Of a stretch of 64,000 nt of DNA, positions 11,886-24,099 are shown one piece after another (within the stretch, counting starts at the first letter, position 1; every line of letters starts with the position of its first letter). A program made the translations under genes and the position numbers. The notes below the pieces were generated by a model, which did not search any database, had not been told where the DNA came from, and saw only the letters and a list, made by a program, of their open reading frames with translations. The DNA is taken from positions 30,442,001-30,506,000 of the forward strand of contig NC_043005.1 in the NCBI RefSeq assembly GCF_006345805.1, written 5' to 3'. The DNA is from Octopus sinensis (lineage: Eukaryota).

Positions 11886-12180
11886 AATGATGACGGAAAC
11901 CAGACTAACTTTGAACAAAGGAAATTTTTCCTAAAATGCTGCAGGGAGTTTGAAAGCACGGTCGAAATGCAAAAAACGATTTGGTAAGGCGTTTCAAACA
12001 GATTCATCAATGCTACGAATTTGAGACAAGTTTAAACCAAATGAAAATGCTCAGAATGTCTACAAGAAACGTTCTGGAACATCGGAGACATCAAGGAGCC
12101 CTACAAACAAGAAAAGGTACTAAAAATGTATTGCCAGAATTCAAGAAAATCTGTGTAACAAGCGATCAAAATCAAAAATT
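11886..12180 (+). mobile_element. Degenerate Tc1/mariner-superfamily transposase N-terminus (DUF4817-like HTH)
   Basis: Frameshifted peptide TRLTLNK...KRFGKAFQTDSSMLRI*DKFK...QNVYKKRSG resembles 'RLTFEQRK...QF...F.T..P....I.RI.DKFE..G.V....K.RSGR'. Confidence 0.55.
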
Positions 12181-12557
12181 CTTTATGTTTTGAAGAACTG
12201 TTATTGGAAAAGTTGCATTTCAAGAAAAGTTTCATGTTCCCAATAAACAATAGGTTGGCGTCTCGTCAGGTGATTTTACAAGGAGTATCTCGTTAAACAA
12301 ATCCTCTTTCTCTCGGTTTTAATACAACACGTTGTTAGTGACCGTAGCTTGAAGCCGTTGGGCAGGAATGACGACGACAGACAGATTCCTTTGTAATATT
12401 ATACACGGTTGTTTACATGACTTTAGGAGTAAAGAAAGACACGCAACGGAACATGTCCCTCGTTAAACTGTCTCTATCGTTTGTTATGTATTCAATGAAC
12501 ACTGAGGATTTCCTGAAGCAGAACCAGCAACAATTGTCTAAATACAGTGGATGACGT

Positions 12558-12655
12558 GAACGTTTCACAAATTTGCATGTCATCCTTACACAGGGACCAT
12601 TGATAATCTTCTCAGCATCGTTCCAATTTTAGTATATGTATTGCCGAAGCAATAC
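12558..12655 (-). ncRNA. RNU6: U6 snRNA-derived copy, probably a pseudogene
   Basis: The minus strand reads GTATTGCTTCGGCAATACATATACTAAAATTGGAACGATGCTGAGAAGATTATCAATGGTCCCTGTGTAAGGATGACATGCAAATTTGTGAAACGTTC, colinear with metazoan U6. The ACAGAGA box and AGC triad are altered and there is no oligo-T terminator. Confidence 0.9.
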
Positions 12656-12662
12656 ATGCATG

Positions 12663-12717
<55 letters not shown>

Positions 12718-12734
12718 GCCTATATATATATATT

Positions 12735-12882
12735 ACGTTCTGAGTTCAAATTCCGCCGAGGTCGACTTTGCCTTTCATCCTTTCGGGGTCGATAAATTAA
12801 GTACCAGTTACGTAAGGGTCGCTCTAATCGAGTGGCCCCCTCCCCAAAAATTTCGGGCCTTGTGCCTAGAGTAGAAAAGAAT
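12735..12882 (+). mobile_element. SINE fragment (CORE-like body GCCTTTCATCCTTTCGGGGTCGATAAA)
   Basis: The same body recurs at about 18235, 18685, 18890 (minus), 50490, 51510 and 52385. Confidence 0.75.
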
Positions 12883-13422
12883 ATATATATATATCTTCAA
12901 GTCACATCTGCAGTGAGTTAACTTGGGAAAACCAAACGACAATGTAACCTTCATGTGATTTTCTCGGCCTGATAAATAGCTTCGCTGGGCACCCCTCGTT
13001 GCATCACAGGATCAGCTAGCTAAGAAACATATGTAACCTGGATTTTAGCCGTTCCACTCACTCAATTTAAATTTTTGTTTATACTCACACACACACATAA
13101 CTCCTAACCAGTATATAACTCCTAACCTAATACCCTAGCCCTTGTTTGTTTCACAATCTTTTTCGCAGTAGCCGTAAACCGGATGTGTTAATTCACCTCC
13201 GACAATAGAGAGCGGTCGCCATATTCCCCTCCATATATGATAACTCTGATGAGCATATGGTTATATAATTGAATTGTTACCTAACACTCCATTGTATTCC
13301 TTGCGTGAAACCGATTGGTAAGATCAGCCATGATGGATATATTATACTGTACATTTCTCCCCAAAATTTCGGACCTTGTGCCTAGAGTAGAAAAGAATAC
13401 TGTACATTTCGGATTATATATA

Positions 13423-13463
<41 letters not shown>

Positions 13464-13464
<1 letters not shown>

Positions 13465-13556
13465 AATATGAATTAGAGATAAAACCACTATTATGCAACT
13501 CAAGTGTGATAGACATAAACTGTTGCATAATAGGGTTTTATCTCTAATTCATATTT
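13464..13556. repeat. Short hairpin: 35/36-bp stem, 22-nt loop
   Basis: AAATATGAATTAGAGATAAAACCACTATTATGCAAC pairs with GTTGCATAATAGGGTTTTATCTCTAATTCATATTT (one bulge). Confidence 0.9.
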
Positions 13557-13643
13557 TTTATTTATATATTTATACTGTGAAATTTGATTTAATACTAAAT
13601 TGAATTTTTCCCTTTAAGTTTGGAGTTATACTCCCTAATATTT

Positions 13644-13693
<50 letters not shown>

Positions 13694-14708
13694 TGTATGT
13701 ATGTATGTATGTATGAATGAATGTATGTATGTATGTATGTATGTATGTATGTATGTATGTATGTATGTATGTATGTATGTATGTATGTATGTAGATGTAT
13801 GTATATTCTCACAGTTTTCTGATCTTTAGGCTGCCTTCTAAGCGCGTAATCCACCATTCTTGTCTTTTGGTCCCTGAGGCTATAATTTGTTCGTTTCTTA
13901 ATTATTTCGTCTTTGTCCATCATCTTAAACCACATTCACTTTCGTAATGTCCACTCTGTATTGTTTACTCTTGGTCCTATATTCTCCGCAACTTTCATAG
14001 GCACTGCCAACATGGAAGCCTCTCAGATTTATTATTAATGGTGCAATACTGAGTAATACCATTTGGTCGATAACTGATGAAGAATTAGGGACCTTCTGTG
14101 TCCGTCTCCCATCCAGTTGTACACTCAATATACGCTATACGTTTTTTACCTGTCGTTTGTTTATTTACAATACATCTTCTCATTTACACACACACACACA
14201 CACACACACATATGTGCATACATACATATTTACCTGTCAGCATCCTCTTAAATTATATTAAATATGGTAAATATGGTCAGCTTTTAGTGTGAACGTGTAC
14301 ATTTACAAGTCGATAATGAGACTTATCGGTTTACTTAAGATACAGAAAAGGATATTTTTAAGTAAATACTTTCAAAAAATCTTAGCAAACAAGGGTTTTG
14401 TGTTTTGTATGTTGATACATTAAAAGCAGCATGTGGTGGTGATGGAGGAGGTGGTGGCGGTGGTGGCGTAACATTCGAGTAAGTAGTGGTTGTGGTGGTG
14501 GGGTATGAGAGAGGTGGGGTGATGGAGGAGGGGGGATGAGAGATTTAGTAGTGGTGATGGTTGTGGGGTATTCGAACAGTGGTGGTGGAAGGAGTGACGA
14601 TGGTAATGAAGCATGAGGTGGTGGCAATGAGAGGGGTAGAAATAGTGGTAGTTATAGTAGTAGTGAGGGTAGGGTGGCTGCTGAAAGCGGTGGTGACGGT
14701 AGAGAGAA

Positions 14709-14749
<41 letters not shown>

Positions 14750-14948
14750 ATCCATGCAAGAAAAACAACAAATGAAGAAGAAAAGGAGAAGCAGAAAATA
14801 ATATACTACAGAAATGGCGGGAAAAAACCTTTCAGTAAACTTGAAGAATTTCATCATTGAGAGAGACGGGGATTAGTAAACTGAATTTCTTTTACAAGGA
14901 ATGAATTATAACATGTGCCTAATGACATTGCCATCACATGTGGTAAAC

Positions 14949-15951
14949 GGATCTTTTCACTTCGACCGGCAGATTTTTTAAATGATTTCTTTGTAACTAA
15001 ACACTTTTTAAATTTCGTATACTGGTAGTGTGTTACATAAAACATCTTTCTCTCTTGGCTTTCTTGAAAAAATTCTGCAGTTTGTAAGCTATTTCTTGTA
15101 AAATTTCTTGCATTTCGGCAATTTCAACCAATCAATGACGTCTATTGAGGTGAATACAATTTCTGCGGTTGTTTGTCAATGCGGTGTCATATCAGTTTGT
15201 CACTGTTATTTATGACATATTTCATATCAGTTACGTTCGTATGAATAAAAGATTATCGTTATTAAACTTTTATTAATAAACACATATTCTAAGTTCACAA
15301 CATATGCAGTTTTAATTTCCCTCTCTGTCGCACAGATACACACATTATATATTATATATTCGTTTAGGAAACAGATTGGGTTTATTTACATTTCTGAAGA
15401 AAAAGGATACCCTTCGCTCCATCCCTACCCCTAACCCTAATCCTAAAACATTGAAATGCAATAGATCGATACTAGGGTCATAATTATGGGTGGACACTAA
15501 AGAGGGAACGGTTTTGTTATCCAGCTCTGTTTACGAGTGACCCCTCAGTTTATGGCCACACACGTGTATTTGTTTACATTTGAAGAAGATCGTCACTTTC
15601 TGTATTTTTTTATATATGTGGAGTTAGGGTTAGGGTTAGGTGTTAGGGTTAGGGTTAGGAGTTGGGGGAAGGGTTTCTTTTTTCTCATAAATAACAGTGA
15701 CAAACTGATATGACACCTCATTGACAAACAACCGCAGAAATTGTATTCACCTCAATAGACGTCATTGATTGATTGAAATTGTCGAAATGCAAGAAATTTA
15801 ACAAGAAATAGCTTACAAACTACAGAATTTTCTCAAAAAAGCCAAGAGAGAAAGATGTTTTATGTAACACATTCTATCAGTATACGAAGTTTAAAAGTGT
15901 TTAGTTACAAAGAAATTATTTTAAAATCTTCCGGTCAAAGTGAAAAGATTC
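14949..15951. mobile_element. Non-autonomous long-TIR DNA transposon (Mutator-like), 267-bp TIRs, 9-bp TSD
   Basis: 14949-15215 is an imperfect inverted repeat of 15685-15951. GTGGTAAAC flanks both ends (14940-14948 and 15952-15960). No internal ORF. Confidence 0.85.
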
Positions 15952-16329
15952 GTGGTAAACTATATGACCACCACATGTATTAAACTACATTGTTATCTCA
16001 TGTAGTAAACTATATCACCTGAAATAAAAAAAAAAAAAGAGAAACGAAATAAAAAGCCAAACAAAAGACAAAACAAATGTATTTTCCTTCAGCTTTATAA
16101 TCATCCTGTGTCGGCAATAATGGAATGCATGCAAATAACTTGTCAGAACGACTTCATAATTAGGGATTTACCTGTCATATGGCAGGTAACTTCGGAAGTG
16201 TACTTTTGCCACCATAGGTATCCTAACCACACGGTTCCGGGTTCAGTCCCACTGTGTGACACCTTGAGCAAGTGTCTTTTACTAAAGTCTCGGGTCGACC
16301 AATGATCTGTGAGTGGATTTCTAGCACAG

Positions 16330-16715
16330 GCATGGCTGTGTGGTAAGAAGATTGCTTATCAACCATATGATTTGGGGTTCAGTCTCAGTGTATGGCACCT
16401 TGAGCAAATGACTTTTACTATCGCTCCGGGCCGACAGAAGCTTTATGAGGGGATTTGGTAGGCGGAAACTGAAAGAAGCCCTTCGTATAAATGTGTGTGT
16501 GCGTGTGTGTGTATCTATGTGTATGTCTTAGGTTCTGTGTTTGTCCCCGCCACCGCTTGACAACCGGTGTTTGTTAGTTTACTAGTTCGACAAAAGAGAC
16601 GGATAGAATAAGTAATAGGCTTTTAAAATAATCCTGGGATTGATTTGTTTGCCTAAAAACTCTTCAAAACAGTGCTCCAGCATGGCCGCAGTTAACTGAA
16701 ACAAGTAAAAGATAA
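16330..16715 (+). mobile_element. tRNA-derived SINE
   Basis: Head GGCATGGCTGTGTGGTAAG...GGGTTCAGTC and tail GCTCCAGCATGGCCGCAGTTAACTGAAACAAGTAAAAG, shared with other copies. Confidence 0.7.
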
Positions 16716-16741
16716 AAAATAAAATGTGAGTGTGTGTGTGT

Positions 16742-16776
<35 letters not shown>

Positions 16777-16779
16777 CTT

Positions 16780-17094
16780 TTACATTTTTTCTTGTTTCAG
16801 TCATTTGACCATGTGGCCATGCTGGGGCACCGCCTTGAAGAATTTTTAGTCGAATGAATCAAGCCGAGGACTTAGTTTTATTAAAAAACCTGGTACTTAT
16901 TCTATCGATGTATTTTGCCAAATAAACCCCAACACCGTAAATAAACGTAAACAAACCAACACCAGTTGTCAAGTAGTGGTGGGGAAGAAACACAGACATG
17001 GAGACAAACACACACACACATACATACATGTTATTCGTGTATATATGTGTATATATATATACATATATATATATATACACACACATATATATAT

Positions 17095-17131
<37 letters not shown>

Positions 17132-17295
17132 CACGACAGGCTTCTTTCGGTTTTCGTCTACCAAATCCACTCACAAGGCATTGGCCAGTTCGAGGTTATA
17201 GCAGAAGACACTTGCCCAAGGCACCACATAGTGGGACTGAACCCGGAACCACGTGGATGAGAAGCAAGCTTCATACTATACAGTAATGCCTGCAC
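16780..17295 (-). mobile_element. tRNA-derived SINE with an internal microsatellite
   Basis: Same family in reverse orientation; homologous to 30768-31175 and 51650-52085. Confidence 0.7.
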
Positions 17296-17301
17296 TTGTA
17301 T

Positions 17302-17340
<39 letters not shown>

Positions 17341-18610
17341 CAATAATAATAATTTACTTTTATCGAAATTCTTGGTGTCTATACAAAATGAAGAAGTGAA
17401 TGTTAATTTTTAAACGAAAAATATCCATTTCGTTAAAATAAAATAAAATGAAATAAAATTTTCATTTGTATGCGTCTTCCTATAACTACTGTGTCAGTTA
17501 TTCCTTTTTCCGCCACCTCCACCTCCGCCAACTCCTCTACTTTCCCATCTTCCTATTCTTTCTCTCTCACTGTATGTTGTTAGTGTTCCTTTACCCATTG
17601 CCTGCCATCAAGCCTAGTACGTGCACCCATTCTACACCCTTTCTGCACCTCTTTCATTTTTTTCTCTTTATTCTATGCAATGTAAAGCGTGACTGGAGAC
17701 ATCAACCAACCGAACAACCAATACTTTCATCGGGTATTAATATACAGAGATGTAACGAATAAAAACAATGACTTTTTAATTCAGAATGCCATAAAAAAAT
17801 TTCATGTGATAGAACTGGACCTAACTCGAGTCTTTGGATGTTTGGAAAACACCAGTTCTTTACGTAAAACTAACGCGGAAGTTCCACTTGACACATTTCC
17901 TGACCGGCAGAGACCTGTGAGCTCTTAACAATATTTCAGATGCTAGGCATTTGGTCTTGATCTTTGCTTGACCCAAGACAGCAACCACATCAAAGAGGTA
18001 AGCTGTGGGAAAGGAGTTACTGCCACTAGTTTGTATTCTTTTAGGACGGTGCCAGCCACTTCGACTTTCTTTGTATCCGACACCGCTTCGGTGAGGCCTC
18101 TCACATTTGCCTAGACGCTTACATATGTCTTCTTACGTCGTTTGAGCCAGATGCCTCAAAACATCTCCATTTTCTGAGCTGTGACGTAAGAGTCTGTATG
18201 GGCGAAATGCGTAGCCGTATTTCGTCTGCCGTTACGTTCTGAGTTCAAATTCCGCCGAGGTTGACTTTGCCTTTCATCCTTTCGGGGTCGATAAATTAAG
18301 TACTAGTTACGCATTGGGATCGATATAATCCGTTTGCCTTAATCCGTTTGTCTGTCCTTGTTTGTCCCCTCTGTGCTTAGCCCCTTGTGTGTAGTAAAGA
18401 AATATATACATAGAAGAGATGAGCGAAGACAACCGTCCCAATCACCCTGGATGGGCCGTTTTCTATGAGCTGCTTCACTTTGTATGGATAACGGTACGGA
18501 TGATATTATAGAGACATACTACCAAATGGTGGCCATCGATTATCCACCAAAGGAAAAATTATAAATAAAATAAATTGAAACAAGGTGATGTGGCACATAT
18601 ATATTTGTAT

Positions 18611-18845
18611 GAGGGCGGTGAGCTGGCAGAATCGTTAGCACGCCGGGCGAAATGCTTAGTGGTATTTCGTCTGCCGGTATATCGTTCTGAGTTCAAATTC
18701 CACCGAAGTCGACTTTGCTTTTCATCCTTTCGGGGTCGATTAAATAAATGCCAGTTACGGACTGGGGTCGATGTAAGGAAGGATAAAATAATTATCTTTC
18801 TACTAAAAGCACAAGGCCTGGAATCTTATGGGGAAGGAGGTTAGT
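18611..18845 (+). mobile_element. tRNA-derived SINE, near full length
   Basis: GGCGGTGAGCTGGCAGAATCGTTAGC head, GAGTTCAAATTCC B-box-like motif and CORE-like body. Partial neighbours at 18200-18400 (+) and 18860-19003 (-). Confidence 0.75.
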
Positions 18846-19425
18846 ATAATCATAACATTCTCTCGTGTTCAACTGGTACATATGTTATCGACTCCGAAAG
18901 AATGAAAGGAAAATCGACCTCAGCTGGATTTGAACTCGGAACGTGAATATGGAATAATTTGTCGCTAAACATTTTGTCCGTCACGCTAACGCATCTGCCA
19001 GCAATAAGAATGAGACGGGTTTTAGCCAATATAAGTATTAGTATGATTTTATAACCTTCCAATGTCAAAAAAAAAAAAAAAAAAAAAAAAAAACAACAGA
19101 AAGTCACAAGAATCGGTCGAGTGAGTCATTAAAGCTTTGACTCTTTATGGTCTGAGTTCTCGTCATGACCGAGTGTGACGGGGCAACTGAGCCTTTCATT
19201 TTTTCCAGGCAGAATAAAACAAGTACCGTTTAAGAACTGGGGTGAATCTATTCAGCAAGGCCCTTCCCACAAAATGTGTAGCTTTGTACCTATTTTGAAA
19301 ACAATGATTTTTGTAGCTCTCAGACACAAAATGATACGATCTAAAGTACAATAGCATGAACAACATGAAATAAATTTTAAAAAATTAAGATTAAAAAAAA
19401 AATGAAGAGGAAGAGTGATGCAAAC

Positions 19426-20379
19426 CTCACCGCCGTTGTGGTTTGAGAATGGTTGTTCCACTTGTAATAAAATCCTTTCAGTTTTGCGACTGGCCCTATT
19501 TCGGTTTTTTCGGGATGCTTTAAATTCACTAATCCTGATGCACTCTTTGCGTCTGCCGAGTTTAGCTGAATAATACGTATAAAATTTTCGATTTACGGCA
19601 AAGTTAGGATGGAAAGCAAGCCCTAGAAATCCTCTTTCGTCGCTCCTGTAACTGCTATAAAGTACCCGGTCCTTGATATCAAGAAAAGCTTTTTGCTCTC
19701 TTGTTTTGTTTCTGTAATAAATGTAAATAACTCCGCGTTGTTCGGCCACAAACAAGCGACCACTGCCGTCGCCGGCATGTCTTGCCACAACAGGACTCCT
19801 CAAATCCCATGCAAACTGTTCGACACACATACATCCTTCTTTCGTAATTTGTTGAATAGATATGTTGAAGTTGAGGTGTTCATTTTTTAAAAGATCAGGG
19901 TAGCAGTAGTCTGTATCCATCAGTTGAACAACCAAACAAAAACTTTCTTTGGAATTCAAAGTACCAAGAATTTCTTGATCGCTCGTTATATATTTAACCA
20001 AATCTTTGCATTTGGCGTAAAATTGTGAACAATAATTGGAACATAATCCGGGGAAAGAACTGGCATGCATTGTCTGCTCAGCGCTATAAATATGAGCAGC
20101 ATAAGGGGAGCAAGGTTGGCACAACAGTTCTCGTAGATAGGGCTCACATGTTTGAAGAAGAGTATCTGAAAGTTGAGTCTTGACGTATTCATACCTTTGA
20201 AATATAGCATTTTCTTGTTGTTTGGTACAGCAACCGAAATCCCTATATTGAGAGCAAAATTCCAAGCTATTTGATTGAAACGGTGGTTTAAAGTCTAAGC
20301 ACTGAGGATGGCACTTCACAATGTCACGAGTGGAAAATATTGCTGTAATTATTAAAACCCACAATTTGCTGAACTCCAT
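19426..20379 (-). CDS. HHIPL: HHIP-like protein, first coding exon (signal peptide, Cys-rich folate-receptor/Frizzled-like domain, start of the GSDH-like beta-propeller)
   Basis: MEFSKLWVLIITAIF...HPQCLDFKPPF, FCSQYRDFGCC, LLCQPCSPYAAHIY, FPGLCSNYC, HAGDGSGRLFVAEQRG, DERGFLGLAFHPNF, RISEFK, QPFSNHNGGE. Homology stops at NHNGGE. Donor is GAG|GTTTGC (19425) or GCG|GTGAGG (19430). Confidence 0.93.
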
Positions 20380-21199
20380 CGTTGATGCTATTTTTTTTTC
20401 TTTCTATTTTTCTTTCTTTGAATTCATAGAATAAAACAAAACTTTCAAGAAACAATTGAAATGTTTTGCCAGGATCACTGCGTTGTTCATTGATTCATCG
20501 AGCCGAATGTTTTCTTGACATTCATAATAGTGTTAGTACTTTCCGTTTTAGGTTATGTAAGAATTATATATCGTTAAATGTTTGTCATAAACTCTCTCTC
20601 TCTCTCTTTCCCTCTGATTACATTACTAGAAGGCAAAAAACAGTGATTTTGGAACACAAAGCGTAGAAATAGAACAGAACATAAAAGAAAAAAAAAAAAC
20701 TATGTTATCAAAGTCCAATTTAAATACGACTAAAGCTATCAGGGTGGATTTCCAGCACTAGTAAAAATGCTGTCAAAGAATATCAAAAGCTGAATAGCGA
20801 AAAATTCGTGAAATATGATCCGTATTTGAAAAACTGGAGTCGTATTGCCGTAGTTTAGAAATAGTTTGGTGCATGAATGACTAAAGATTAGATTTGAATG
20901 GTTTAAATTTAAAATTTAGCAACACAAAATGCAAAGTTAGCACGATCATATGTGGGAGGGACTTGGTTTTGTTCCGGAGAGGGCGACACAAGTTTCAATA
21001 GGCAACTTAATAGCTCAGACAAACTGATTGGTTGTAAAGGCGTGTTTACCTCAGCACCGGAAAAAAAATATTTCATACATTCTCTGAAAATTTCCATTAA
21101 AACAAACTGGCAAATTTAATATATTCGTAAATAATTTGATTTTATGGTACATGACGTAGTTAAGTCAGTCTTGTTCTTTAATACTGTTATGAAAGAAAT

Positions 21200-21299
21200 T
21201 ATTATTATTATTATATTATTATTATTATTATTATTATTGATGATGATGATGATGATGATGATAATGATGATGATGTTTTTTGTTTTTGTAAGTAGTAGC

Positions 21300-21357
<58 letters not shown>
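21200..21357. repeat. Compound (ATT)n(GAT)n(AGT)n trinucleotide microsatellite
   Basis: Seen directly. Confidence 0.95.
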
Positions 21358-21358
<1 letters not shown>

Positions 21359-21869
21359 ATTTGTACTAAAAATTGATGGGCTGGGCTTAGAGAGAAGTAA
21401 TTCCATGCCACGACCTGTAACTAATGAGCTGAGGGGCAAGAAAGAAAGAAAGGCAGAGAAAGGCTGAGAAACAGTTTCAAGCTGTGAGGGTTTGATGTAA
21501 AACAGGACAAGGAGAGGTTGATCAGAGAGTATGTTATACAGTTGATGTGTGTGTGTGTGTGGAGGAGGAGGCGTAGAGATATATGCAACATAACGCATAC
21601 TATAGAAGACGAAAAAAGCGTTTGTTAATTGTAATACATTTGTAAAATAGCAAGCAAAAGTTGTGAACACGAAAGTAATAGGGCTATTTTTTGTTTGCTT
21701 GTTTGTTTGGTTACTGTTTTTTTTTTCTGTTTTCATAAAGATGATCAAATCTTCCTCCTATATTATGAAATATGCGTATAAGTATATATGAGTATGTGTG
21801 AATGGGTCTGTGAATGTATGTATAAATATATATACATGCATGCATACACGCATATATATCATATATGTG

Positions 21870-21877
21870 TGTGTGTG

Positions 21878-21937
<60 letters not shown>

Positions 21938-22216
21938 CATCTATCAATCACTCAATCAGTCTATCTATCTATCTAACTATCAATCTATCTATCTATCTAA
22001 CTAATTATCAATCAATCTATCTAACTAATTATCAATCAATCTATCTATCTATCTATCAACCAATCAATCAATCTATCTATCTATCAATCAATCAGTCAAT
22101 CTATCAATCAATCAATCAATCAGTCAATCAATCAATCTATCTATCTATCTATCTATCTCTTTATCTATCTATCTATCCATCCATCCATCCATATATATAT
22201 ATATATATATATATAT
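21870..22216. repeat. (TCTA)n/(TCAA)n/(TA)n microsatellite
   Basis: Seen directly. Confidence 0.95.
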
Positions 22217-22780
22217 AACTTATAATATAATGGGCAATAGAAAAATTATTTCAATGCCAATATGCTGAGAACAGACTTTAAATCGTCAATTTCCGCATTA
22301 TAATAGACATATAGATGCACGTCGTGCTGAAATCGAGGAAAGCGAGCCATCAGAATTTTTTTAAAGTTTGTTATTTCTATATTGAATCAATTTCGGGATT
22401 AATCCTATGGATTTTCCCTCTTCAGTAGAAAATACGATAAGAAGCTGGCTAAAGGATTTTACATTTATATATAACTGGGGTACTAATGTGTACGCATGAC
22501 TCTTGCTTTTGCTTTTTTCCATGGGTGCGTATAAGTATTTCATTTATTTCTTATCGTATTTTCTACTGAGGAGGGAAAAATCCATAGGATTAACCCCGAA
22601 ATCGATTCAATACAGAAATAACGAACTTTAAAAAAAAATTCTTTAGGCTCGCTTTCCTCGATTTCAGCACGACGTGTATCTATACTGAATGTCTATTATA
22701 ATGTGAAAATTGACGATTTAAAGTCCGTTCTCAGCATATTGGCATTTAAATAATTTTTCTATTGCCCTTATTTATAAGTT
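22217..22780. mobile_element. Fold-back/MITE-like element with about 230-bp imperfect TIRs
   Basis: 22217-22443 is an inverted repeat of 22548-22780. No ORF, and the TSD was not resolved. Confidence 0.8.
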
Positions 22781-23089
22781 GTTTATAATTTTAACCTTTA
22801 TAGGTACTTTAATATGCTGCCACTTTTGAAGAAATTTTTTCTGAAAAAATTTTATCCTATATTAGTAGTATATATATATATCCTTACCTTCGAAATGCGG
22901 AGTAGATAAAACAGGGGACAACTGATGAAGGGATTGTTCTTTATGTTGCTTGTCTCGTTTCTCTATTTGTTTCTTTCGTTGTTCAGAAAAGTCAGTTTTC
23001 TATGTTTTGTTTTTTATGTTCTGGTTTCTCATTTTGTTCACGATGTTTTGATGTGCTGTACCCATATATGCATGAATATACATACATAC

Positions 23090-23180
<91 letters not shown>

Positions 23181-23199
23181 GTAGGTGTGTACGTACATG

Positions 23200-23700
23200 T
23201 GTAGTGACGTCATATTCCAGTGTGCGCACACGCAACGTCATTCTTCAGTGTGCGTGTGCGGAACGTATTCTTCAGTGTGCGTGTACGGGGTTGGAACCTT
23301 CTGGAAAGGCATAAGGAAGTTCCCTCATGCACATGCGCTAGAGACTGGGGAAGAAATTCTATCGCGTTCCTTAATAGCGTCGTTGACTTGAGACACGGCG
23401 ATTGAAGAGAAAGGACGTATTTTTAGACGTGTGATTAGCCTATTCTCCTGTCCCAGACGCTTAGGATTTGACCTGTTCTGTTGCTGCTGAATTGTTGTAA
23501 GAAACTTACAAACGTTAGAATTCAGCCTTGCTGTGTTGAACTAGGTGGATACCAGTATACCATCGTGCTTCATTGTTGAATAAGAGAATAAAGAATCGTA
23601 TTTATTTTTAAAGTTGCGTTTCTAGAAACAAAAGAAAGGAAATTGTGTTGCACCCAAGTTGCACCCCAAAAGTGTAAAGAAGCAACCAGTTCCCTTTACA
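23200..23700 (+). mobile_element. Solo LTR (Gypsy-type), 501 bp
   Basis: TGTA...TACA termini, 4-bp TSD CATG on both sides (23196-23199 and 23701-23704), AATAAA at 23587-23592, internal 27-bp-period repeats. Confidence 0.8.
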
Positions 23701-24099
23701 CATGTATGTATATATATTAGGGAATAAATTATTATTCCAACCTTACAGGTTAAATTCAGTATAATAATATTAGACCCAATTTCGTAATATATAATACATG
23801 ATATATGTATATAACTAATTTAGAGACGAACCACCATTCTACAACTCAGTCAATGAAGAACCCGCCTAAAACCGTACTGTGAGACATATACCATACACAA
23901 TACTAATCAAAAATTTTAATAATATATAATATTGAACAATAAAATTATTACAATCATATAATATATAAGAGCAAATACTTTAAAATCACATCAAAATATC
24001 ATATAAAGAAACATTCATCATAAAAATATTAATCTAAAATCAAATAAAGTATAAATTGAACAATAAAAATTAATACAATAAAATAATGTATAAAAGTAA

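Noticed and set aside
13246-13253. CTGATGAG as a hammerhead core
   Set aside because: No adjacent stem II closing onto a GAAA, and no stem I/III partner was found.
15622-15660. TTAGGG tract as a chromosome end or fusion scar
   Set aside because: Only about 6 imperfect units, enclosed within a TIR element that has a TSD.
19252-19425. C-terminal 57 codons of the 375-aa ORF as real HHIPL coding sequence
   Set aside because: Homology ends at NHNGGE next to GT donors, and the remainder is AT-rich intron-like sequence. Retained only as an untested read-through possibility.
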